Shown here piece after piece: positions 39,238 through 48,577 of a stretch of DNA of 64,000 bases. The stretch is from an uncultured Acidimicrobiaceae bacterium. GTDB taxonomy: Bacteria > Actinomycetota > Acidimicrobiia > Acidimicrobiales > Bog-793. The notes beneath the pieces are model-generated. The model did no database searches. It was not told the DNA's origin and was given only the letters and a program-made list of their open reading frames with translations. Made by a program: the position numbers and the translations under genes. The stretch covers positions 360,145 to 424,144 of the forward strand of contig CAWKGD010000005.1 of the NCBI GenBank assembly GCA_963849105.1, written 5' to 3'. Positions within the stretch are counted from its first letter, which is position 1. Each line of letters begins with the position of its first letter.

Positions 39238-40367
39238 GTCGTCGACGGGCTCCAGGGGCGCGAAGAGACGACGACCGACGCCTTGTGGAACTCGCGGATT
39301 TTCTCGTAACCAGAAAGCGCCATCGCCGCCCGCAACGCCCCGAAGAGGTTCGTCCGCCCGCTCGCATCGTGGGCCGGACCGGTGAGGATCTCCGAGAGCG
39401 ATCCGAGCACGGGGACCTCGACGACGCCGCTGCGCGGCAAGCTCGGATGGCTCGCCGCCGCCGCGACGTAGCGACCGCCCCCTGGGGCCTCCTCGGCTGC
39501 TGCGAGCGGCGTCGCCAGCATCACCGCGTCGGCTCCGCAGGCGAACGCGGCGGCAAGGTCGCCACTTTCTGCGATCGGCGCGTCCGCGATCACTTGGACG
39601 TAAAAGCCCGTCTCTTCGAGATGTCGGCTGCGTGCACCCGCGGCGTCCGCGATCGCGGTCGCGATCGGCGCACCGACACCAAGGACGCGCCGCGAGTCGT
39701 AGGCGGACTCACCGGGCCCGACACCGACCAAGACGCCCATCGCGCCGGTGCGCATCAGGTGCAACGCCGCGGCATAGGACGAACAGCCGCCGACGATCAC
39801 GGGCAGATCGAGCGCGCGAACGAACTTTTCGAGATCGAGCGTGACATTCGAGCGCGAAACGTGCTCCGCAGAGACCGTGATTCCGGCGATCACCAACACG
39901 TCGAGTCCGCCATCGATCGCCGCGGGAACGAGCTCTTCGGCGCGCTGCGGCGTCACCGCACCGCAAGCCACCGCGCCCTGCGTCGATATCGCGCGCACGC
40001 GCTCGGTGACGAACTCGGCGCGGACGGGTTGCGCATATGCCTCCTGGACACGCCGCGTCGCTTCGGACGGATGCGCATGGGCGATGTTTTCGAATACCGG
40101 CAGCGGATCCTCATAGCGTGTCCACAGACCTTCCAAATCGAGGCAGGACAAGCCGCCGATCGTGTCGATCGCGACGGCGGTTTTTGGCCCGACAATTCCG
40201 TCGCGTGGCGCGGCGACAAATGGCAGCGCGAAGCGGAACGCCTCGAATTGCCAGGAGATGTCGACGTCGTTCGCGTCCCGGGTCCGCCGCGAGGGCACGA
40301 TGGCGATCTCGTCAAGGCCGAATGCGCGCCGGGCGCTCTTGCCGATGCCGATTTCGACGTCTGCCAC
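39234..40367 (-). CDS. guaB3: GuaB3-type IMP dehydrogenase-related protein
   Basis: 377 aa starting MADVEIGIGKSARRAFGLDEIAIVPSRRTRD. TIM-barrel IMPDH family without the CBS insert, the typical GuaB3 layout. Confidence 0.9.
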   Translation of the reverse strand: MADVEIGIGKSARRAFGLDEIAIVPSRRTRDANDVDISWQFEAFRFALPFVAAPRDGIVGPKTAVAIDTIGGLSCLDLEGLWTRYEDPLPVFENIAHAHPSEATRRVQEAYAQPVRAEFVTERVRAISTQGAVACGAVTPQRAEELVPAAIDGGLDVLVIAGITVSAEHVSRSNVTLDLEKFVRALDLPVIVGGCSSYAAALHLMRTGAMGVLVGVGPGESAYDSRRVLGVGAPIATAIADAAGARSRHLEETGFYVQVIADAPIAESGDLAAAFACGADAVMLATPLAAAEEAPGGGRYVAAAASHPSLPRSGVVEVPVLGSLSEILTGPAHDASGRTNLFGALRAAMALSGYEKIREFHKASVVVSSRPWSPSTT

Positions 40368-40430
40368 CCGATTCCGCCCCCAGCTGAGAGGTGTCTGCCC
40401 GCTCCGACCTCGGCGCGCGCCGCGGCGAGG

Positions 40431-41117
40431 CTACACGGTGGGCTTTTGTTCTCCGAGAAGGATGCGGGTGAGCAACAACGAGAGGATCCGCGCCGAGAGT
40501 CCCCAGACGAGCTCCGAGCCGAGCTCGGGGATCCCGGCGAAAAACGTCATTTCAGAGTCCTCTGCCCCTGCGGTCCAGACCTCCTGCCACGACGCCCCGT
40601 CCGCGGCCAGCGCGCAAAGCGGCACTTGGAGGATTTCGGCGACCTCGACGCGGTCGCGCTCGAGCGGCGGTCGGCCCCGGACGAGGCCGACGAACGGCAC
40701 GACGCGCGCGTCGCCGCGGCTTCGCCCGAGTGCCGGGAACGCCCCGATCATCTCGATGTCGGCGCGCTTGAGCCCGATCTCTTCCTCAGACTCGCGCAAG
40801 GCGGCCTCGAGCGGCGTCTCACCGGATTCGACGTGTCCCCCGGGAAAGGCGATGTGGGTCGGGTCGACGAGGAGGTCGTCGGCGCGCCGGATGAGCACGA
40901 CGTTCGCCTCCTCGTCGATCTCTTCCATCGCGACGAGGACGGCGGCTTCTGCGGATCGGTCGGCGAACTCCGGCGAGCGAACGGACGCGAACGCCTTGTA
41001 GACACGATCCACGGGAATGTGCGCGCGTGCCGCGGCGTCGATTTCGGTCCAACGCGGACGGACGCCGACACGGGCGTCTTCCGGACGCGGGACGTGCTGG
41101 CGATAAGACGCCGTCAT
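40431..41117 (-). CDS. NUDIX hydrolase (CoA pyrophosphatase-like)
   Basis: 228 aa with Nudix box GGHVESGETPLEAALRESEEEIGL. Confidence 0.85.
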   Translation of the reverse strand: MTASYRQHVPRPEDARVGVRPRWTEIDAAARAHIPVDRVYKAFASVRSPEFADRSAEAAVLVAMEEIDEEANVVLIRRADDLLVDPTHIAFPGGHVESGETPLEAALRESEEEIGLKRADIEMIGAFPALGRSRGDARVVPFVGLVRGRPPLERDRVEVAEILQVPLCALAADGASWQEVWTAGAEDSEMTFFAGIPELGSELVWGLSARILSLLLTRILLGEQKPTV

Positions 41118-41152
41118 CTGATCGACACGACGGCTGACCTTATCGAGACACC

Positions 41153-41180
41153 GACGGGGGCCGGATTACCGGCCCCCGTC
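41153..41180 (-). terminator. strong hairpin downstream of groEL
   Basis: Perfect 12-bp stem GACGGGGGCCGG / CCGGCCCCCGTC with loop ATTA, 24 nt past the groEL stop. No U-tract, as is common in high-GC actinobacterial terminators. Confidence 0.6.
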
Positions 41181-41203
41181 CCAGGTCGTGATCGCGTGTT
41201 GCC

Positions 41204-43122
<1,919 letters not shown>

Positions 43123-43145
43123 CTTGGGCGGCCTCCTTGGGCTCA

Positions 43146-43172
43146 TTAGCACTCTCTTGATTCGAGTGCCAA
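43146..43172. promoter_or_regulatory. CIRCE operator (HrcA binding site)
   Basis: TTAGCACTC-N9-GAGTGCCAA matches consensus TTAGCACTC-N9-GAGTGCTAA at 17 of 18 arm positions. Located 24 nt upstream of the groES ATG. Confidence 0.85.
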
Positions 43173-43193
43173 CGATACCGCCGCCGAGGTTGA

Positions 43194-43220
43194 CTAGCAA
43201 ACGCCGCGCAGGAGTGCTGG
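43194..43220. promoter_or_regulatory. second, degenerate CIRCE-like element
   Basis: CTAGCAAAC-N9-GAGTGCTGG (13 of 18 arm positions) with correct 9-nt spacing, 21 nt distal to the first element. Confidence 0.4.
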
Positions 43221-43621
43221 AGCCCGCGAAAGCCCTGATGAGCCGCGCGGCCGGTCGTCGGTCCCGATCAGGAATAGCTGGGTGTACGGCTGGACAGGAG
43301 ACCGACGAGCCGCCGATCGAGGACCAGCGCCCCTCGACGAGCTCGCGCTCCGACGTCGAGATATCCGAGAGGGAGAAACCCGATCTGACCGTCATCCGCA
43401 CTGTGGGGGTCTCGGTGCCTGCCTGGCAGGTGCCGGTGACCGCGACCGGCACCGCCTTCGGGCGCGGACTGACGGGATTCGGCGCGCGACTTTGGTTGTG
43501 CCGTCGTCGCGGCACGCGTTGCGTATGGTGTGGCGGGAGGTGTCCGAGTGATCCGAGCGAGAAATACCGTGAGATCGGCGCGCGCACGGCGCCGGCGGCC
43601 CTCTAGGCAACACCCAGGTTG

Positions 43622-44455
43622 ATGCGGATCCACATCTTCGGCACGCGGGGCTCGACGCCCACGCCAGGTCGCGACTTCGTCCGCTACGGCGGCCACACCT
43701 CCTGCCTCGGGGTGGCCTTCGACGGCGGCCTGCCGAGCCTCTTCGTCGACGCCGGCACCGGGATTCGTGGCGCCGACGCCGTCTTTGATGGCCAGCCCTT
43801 TCGCGGGTCGGTCCTTTTCGGCCACCTTCACTGGGACCACACCCAGGGCTTGCCGTTCTTTTCCTCGGCGGACCGAGAGGACGCCCGCGTCGACGCCTAC
43901 CTTCCCGCGCAGGGCGGCGGCGAAGCCGTCTTCGAACGCTTCATGTCGCCGCCCAACTTCCCGATCACGCCGGCCGGCCTGCGCGGGGCGTGGAACTTCC
44001 ATGCCCTCGAGCCCGGCGAGCACGAAGTGGAAGGATTCTCCGTGCTCGCGCTCGACATCCCCCACGGGGGCGGCAGAACCTTCGGCTACCGGATCTCCGA
44101 CGGCCGCTCCGCTTTCGCCTACCTGTCGGACCACTGCCCGACCAGCCTCGGCCCCGGTGCGGACGGCTTCGGCGAGTATCACGACACGGCGCTGGCCCTC
44201 ACCGATGGTTGCGACCTCGTGTTCCACGACTCGCAATACACGCCGGAGGAGCTGCCGGCAAAGGCGCACTACGGCCACGCCGCCTATCCGTACGCGGTGG
44301 GCCTCGCCGCCGCGGCGAAGGCCCGCGAGGTCGTGTTGTTCCACCACGATCCGTCGCGCACCGACGACGAGGTCGACGCGATCTTGAAGGAGTGCGCGGA
44401 CGCTCCCCTGCCCGTGCGCGCCGCCGTTCAGGACACGGTGATCACGCTCGGCTGA
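43622..44455 (+). CDS. MBL-fold metallo-hydrolase (PhnP / class II phosphodiesterase-like)
   Basis: About 277 aa. HLHWDH (HxHxDH) zinc motif, a downstream His (DIPHGG), an Asp/His-rich C-terminal half and LFHHDP. The ATG at 43622 is preceded by an in-frame TTG at 43619. Confidence 0.85.
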   Translation: MRIHIFGTRGSTPTPGRDFVRYGGHTSCLGVAFDGGLPSLFVDAGTGIRGADAVFDGQPFRGSVLFGHLHWDHTQGLPFFSSADREDARVDAYLPAQGGGEAVFERFMSPPNFPITPAGLRGAWNFHALEPGEHEVEGFSVLALDIPHGGGRTFGYRISDGRSAFAYLSDHCPTSLGPGADGFGEYHDTALALTDGCDLVFHDSQYTPEELPAKAHYGHAAYPYAVGLAAAAKAREVVLFHHDPSRTDDEVDAILKECADAPLPVRAAVQDTVITLG

Positions 44456-44511
44456 ATCAGGCGGCCGCATGGGGCACGACCGCCGGGGATTACGTCACGT
44501 AGCCTGTCGCT

Positions 44512-45174
44512 ATGTCGATCCGCGTCGTCCTCGCCGAGGACGACTACCTCGTTCGCGAAGGAGTCGCGCGACTGATCGCCACTGAAGACGACCTCGAGTT
44601 GGTCGCGACGTGTGCCGACTACGCGTCGCTGCTCGAAAGCGTCGACAGCGAACAGCCCGACGTCTTGGTGACCGACATCCGCATGCCGCCGACCGGGACC
44701 GACGAGGGGATCCGCGCGGCGAACGAGTTGCACACGCGCAATCCCGACGTCGGCGTCGTCGTCTTGAGCCAGTACGCCGAACCGAGCTACGCGCTCGCGT
44801 TCTTGGAGAACGGATCGCGCGGACGCGCTTACCTGCTGAAAGAGCGGGTCTCGGATATCAAACAGCTCGCCGACGCGATCAGGCAGACGGCCCAGGGCGG
44901 CTCGGTGATCGATCCGATCGTCGTCGACGCGCTCGTGGCGGCGAGATCGCGGGCGCAGAATTCGCCGTTGCGCCTGCTCACCCCGCGCGAGACCGAGATC
45001 CTCGCCGAGATGGCGACTGGCAAGAACAACGCTGCCGTCGCCGCGGCGCTCGTGCTGTCGGAGCGGGCGGTGGAAAAGCACATCAACTCGATCTTCTCCA
45101 AGCTCGGGCTCTCCCAGGAGCTCGACGTCCATCGCCGGGTGAAGGCCGTCCTGCTCTTTTTGTCCGACCGCTGA
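44512..45174 (+). CDS. NarL/LuxR-family response regulator
   Basis: 220 aa. Receiver motifs LAEDD, LVTDIRMPP and YLLK. C-terminal GerE/LuxR HTH LTPRETEILAEMATGKNNAAVAAALVLSERAVEKHINSIFSKLG. Confidence 0.92.
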   Translation: MSIRVVLAEDDYLVREGVARLIATEDDLELVATCADYASLLESVDSEQPDVLVTDIRMPPTGTDEGIRAANELHTRNPDVGVVVLSQYAEPSYALAFLENGSRGRAYLLKERVSDIKQLADAIRQTAQGGSVIDPIVVDALVAARSRAQNSPLRLLTPRETEILAEMATGKNNAAVAAALVLSERAVEKHINSIFSKLGLSQELDVHRRVKAVLLFLSDR

Positions 45175-45203
45175 GCGGGGACCGTGGTGGTGCCACTCCC
45201 CGC
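45175..45203 (+). terminator. stem-loop directly after the response-regulator stop
   Basis: GCGGGGA..(GTGG-TGGTG-CCAC)..TCCCCGC nested hairpin starting 1 nt after the TGA. No T-tract. Confidence 0.3.
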
Positions 45204-45256
45204 GCCCTCGTGCTGGCAACGTCCGATCTTCCTGCGCAATTTGCAAAAATGGTCCC

Positions 45257-45649
45257 GTGAGCGACGAGAAGGTCGGTGTCCTGATCGTTGACGATCAGGC
45301 GCCGTTCCGCATGGCCGCTGCAGCGGTCGTTCGTGCAACAAAGGGATTCGTCGTGATCGGCGAGGCGCGATCTGGAGAGGAAGCCGTCGAGCTCGCCGCG
45401 GCCCTCGAGCCGCAGCTCGTGCTGATGGACATCAACATGGAGGGCATCGGCGGCATCGAAGCGACGCGACGCATCGTCGACGCCCACCCGTCGGTGCGAG
45501 TCGTTCTTCTTTCGACCTACGACGTCGACAGCCTCCCCGCCGACGCGGCGACGAGCGGCGCGGTCGCGTACGTGCACAAGGAACAGTTCGGTCCTGATGT
45601 TCTGGCGAGCGCCTGGGCGGGAAAGCTCCCACTCACTTTCTCACCCTGA
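45257..45649 (+). CDS. stand-alone receiver (REC-only response regulator)
   Basis: 130 aa from a GTG start. Motifs LIVDDQ, LVLMDINMEG and a VHK lysine. No output domain. The 3' end overlaps the kinase 3' end by 17 nt. Confidence 0.85.
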   Translation: MSDEKVGVLIVDDQAPFRMAAAAVVRATKGFVVIGEARSGEEAVELAAALEPQLVLMDINMEGIGGIEATRRIVDAHPSVRVVLLSTYDVDSLPADAATSGAVAYVHKEQFGPDVLASAWAGKLPLTFSP

Positions 45650-47852
45650 GAGCGGACGGCGCGCTCTGCGCCGCGCCGTTCCCCGATGCCGCCGCCTGAT
45701 CGCTCAACGGCAGACGCCCGGAGATCTTCGTCCCTTTTCCGGGCGACGACTCGACGGTCACCGAGCCACCGATCGCGCCGACGCGGTCGCGCATGTTGAC
45801 GAAGCCCGCGCCGAGCCCTTTCGCGCTCTGCAGATCGAAGCCGGCACCGTCATCGGTGACTTCGAAAAACAACGTCCCTTCGCGTTCGTGGACCCGGACG
45901 ATTGCGCTCGCCCCATCGCCGGCGTGCTTGCCCGCGTTCTGCAACGCCTCCACGCAGCAGAAGTAGACGGCCGCCTCCTCCTCGGGTGAGTAGCGGCCGA
46001 GCCCTTCGGCCTCGACGTCGGTCGGGATCGCGGCGCGGCCCGCCGCGGATCGCAACGCCTCTTCGATACCGCGATCGATGAGCAACGGCGGGTAGATGCC
46101 GTGCGCGAGCGCGCGCAACTCTTGAACCGCGTCCTGCAGCTCGCCGCCGAGCTGATCGAGGATCTCCGCGGATCCTGTCGGGTCGGTCTCGACCAACTGG
46201 CGCGCCAGGCGGACGTTGACGGCCAGCGCGACGAGGTGCTGCTGTGCCCCGTCGTGCAGGTTGCGCTCGATCTGGCGGCGCGCGGCGTCCGACGCGGCAA
46301 CGATGCGCGCCCTCGATGCGCGCAGTTCGTCCGCCTGGCGCCGGACTTCGTCCAAGGACTCCTGCAGCGCCGAGTCCAACTCGACATTGTGGAGCGCCAG
46401 TCCGAGTTGGCGGGCGAGCTCGACAAGCGTCGTGTCATCGTTCTCGGTGAAGCGCTCACCGTCGGACTTGCGCGTCGCGACGACGAGGCCGAGGACGCGC
46501 CCCGAATGCGTCGTCGGCGCGACGCGAAGAGAAAGACCTTCGCGGCCCTCGAGGAGCTTCGGCATCCAGATCTCGAGCCAGGCGTTGCCCGAAACCCCGG
46601 CGCGGGCGACGACCGACTCCTCACTCGAGGAGAGCACGATTCGCTGCGGCGGCGCATCGGGTACCGACACCGCGCGCTCGAGCACCCCACCGGATCCGGT
46701 CCAGATCTCCGCAGAAGAGAGCGCCAGCGTCTTGCGCAGCGACTCGACCACCTGCAGCAAGAGCTCTTCGAGCGGCATCGCCCGGGTGAGGCGGGTCGCG
46801 AAGGTGCGCAGGACGGTGTCGGGCGCCTCGCGCTCGCCGTAGACGACGCGGTTGGCGAACGCGTTCAAGCGCGTCCGTGCCGGGCCGTAAACGAGCGCCG
46901 AGACCGCGGCGGCGATCATCGAAAGGATGAGTAGCGTGCGCTCCGCCTTCGTCGGCGCGTGTCCGATCCCCAAGATGACGATCAAGTAGACGACGACGAC
47001 CACCCCGGTCAGCCCGGCGACCGACACCGACCAGGCGAGCAGCCGGTCGATGCGTGCTGCGAGGCTCGTTAACGCGCCGGCGGCGACGGCGACGGCGATC
47101 GGCACGGTCGCGACGGTGACGACGAGCGCCTCGCGCGTCGGCCAGCCCCAAAAGAGGCGCAACGCCTCCGCGAGCACCACCAGTTCGAGGCCGACCGACA
47201 CGGCCCAGCCGAACCACTGCATCCGCTGGCGCTCGAGTCCCGCCGATCGGCGGTAGCGGCGGCGGGCGCCGACGAGCCCGATCGGCACCGCGACGAGCAG
47301 TTCGACCCCGATCGGCCACAGCGGCAGCGTGGGGCGATCGCTCCAGACGCCGAAACCGACGCCGACGGCGACGAGATAGCCGGCCCCGATCGCGAACCGA
47401 CTCAGCCGGCAGGTGCCGTCCGGCAGTCCGAGCAGGACGTGCATCGTCGACACCGGCAAGATGCAGAGCGCGAGCGGCTCGACGAGGCGGGCCGCCGTGA
47501 CGAGGCCACCCGGGACCGCCGTCCCGTGGGCGTGCGCCTCGACAAGCGCCGCGGAGACGACGGCGGCCGACGCGAAGAGCGTCGCGGACAGAACAAGCAG
47601 TGGCTGGCGTTCCTTCGGCTTCAGCGCGAGGGCGGATCCTCCGGCGAGCGCGAAGCAGCCGACGACGACCGCCCGCACGATCTGGGTCAGCAGATCGCCG
47701 CGATGGTCGACGACTGGAGCCGCGACCGCGCCGGCGAGCGCCGCCACGGCGAGTAGGAGCCCCGGCCCGAAGACGAGTTGCCGCCGCGCCACCGGCGCGG
47801 CCGTCTCGCGGCGCACGCCCAACTGGCTGACGACGATCGGCGCGTCCATCAC
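45633..47852 (-). CDS. sensor histidine kinase: about 10 TM segments + GAF + HisKA_3 + HATPase
   Basis: 739 aa. The N-terminal roughly 330 aa has about ten hydrophobic spans. A GAF-like region follows (LLLQVVESLRKTL...VLGLVVATR). H-box ERNLHDGAQQHLVAL, plus N/G boxes NAGKHA and DDGAGFD..GLG. The start overlaps the ABC ATPase stop. Confidence 0.92.
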   Translation of the reverse strand: MMDAPIVVSQLGVRRETAAPVARRQLVFGPGLLLAVAALAGAVAAPVVDHRGDLLTQIVRAVVVGCFALAGGSALALKPKERQPLLVLSATLFASAAVVSAALVEAHAHGTAVPGGLVTAARLVEPLALCILPVSTMHVLLGLPDGTCRLSRFAIGAGYLVAVGVGFGVWSDRPTLPLWPIGVELLVAVPIGLVGARRRYRRSAGLERQRMQWFGWAVSVGLELVVLAEALRLFWGWPTREALVVTVATVPIAVAVAAGALTSLAARIDRLLAWSVSVAGLTGVVVVVYLIVILGIGHAPTKAERTLLILSMIAAAVSALVYGPARTRLNAFANRVVYGEREAPDTVLRTFATRLTRAMPLEELLLQVVESLRKTLALSSAEIWTGSGGVLERAVSVPDAPPQRIVLSSSEESVVARAGVSGNAWLEIWMPKLLEGREGLSLRVAPTTHSGRVLGLVVATRKSDGERFTENDDTTLVELARQLGLALHNVELDSALQESLDEVRRQADELRASRARIVAASDAARRQIERNLHDGAQQHLVALAVNVRLARQLVETDPTGSAEILDQLGGELQDAVQELRALAHGIYPPLLIDRGIEEALRSAAGRAAIPTDVEAEGLGRYSPEEEAAVYFCCVEALQNAGKHAGDGASAIVRVHEREGTLFFEVTDDGAGFDLQSAKGLGAGFVNMRDRVGAIGGSVTVESSPGKGTKISGRLPLSDQAAASGNGAAQSAPSALRVRK

Positions 47853-48577
47853 TCGACGATCGCGACGTCGATCTCCGCTTCGATCACACGCGCAGTGTGC
47901 TGCTCGACGTCGGATTCGACGCGACCGTCGCGCATATGAACGAGGCGAGACGCCGGGGCTGCGACGTCCTCGTCGTGGGTGACCAAAAGGATCGACTGAC
48001 CACCGGCGTGCAGGCGCCGGAACAGTTCGAGGACTTCGAAGCCGCCTTCGGAGTCGAGGGCGCCGGTCGGTTCGTCGGCGAGAAGGAGCGTCGGCGCGTT
48101 GGCGAGCGCACGCGCGATCGCGAGCCGTTGGCGTTCGCCGCCAGAAAGCAACCCGGGCGCGGCGCGCGCCTTGTCGGCGAGGCCGAGCAGATCGAGAAGG
48201 TCGCGCGCCCGACTCTCTGCTTGCCGCCGCCGCAAACCGGCGACCACGGCGGGGAGCGTCGCGTTCTCAAGGACGGTCATTCCTTCCAAGAGGTTGAAGA
48301 ACTGAAAGACGATGCCGATGTGTCGTCGGCGCATCAATGCGAGTTCGTCCTCGTCCATGCCGGACAATGCTTCGCCGGCGACGAAGATCTCTCCGTCGGT
48401 CGGCACGTCGAGTCCCGCGACGAGATTGAGAAGCGTCGATTTGCCGCATCCTGACGGTCCCATGATCGCGACGAACTCCCCGTCGTCGATCGACAGATCG
48501 AGTCCCCGCAGCGCCCGCACCGGCGCGCCTTCTGTTTCGTAGGTCTTGCGCAACCCGCGCGCCTGCATCACGGTCAT
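47849..48577 (-). CDS. ABC transporter ATP-binding protein (MacB/LolD/FtsE-like), no cognate permease adjacent
   Basis: 242 aa. Walker A GPSGCGKST, Q-loop, signature LSGGERQR, Walker B LLLADEPTGALD, H-loop THD. ATGA overlap with the upstream cyclase gene. Confidence 0.95.
   Translation of the reverse strand: MTVMQARGLRKTYETEGAPVRALRGLDLSIDDGEFVAIMGPSGCGKSTLLNLVAGLDVPTDGEIFVAGEALSGMDEDELALMRRRHIGIVFQFFNLLEGMTVLENATLPAVVAGLRRRQAESRARDLLDLLGLADKARAAPGLLSGGERQRLAIARALANAPTLLLADEPTGALDSEGGFEVLELFRRLHAGGQSILLVTHDEDVAAPASRLVHMRDGRVESDVEQHTARVIEAEIDVAIVE

Noticed and set aside
43282-43551. 89-aa ORF in the large groES/MBL intergenic gap
   Set aside because: The translation is dominated by Arg, Gly and Asp, has no start-site context or SD and no domain resemblance. 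The opposite-strand ORF (43392-43613) is equally poor.
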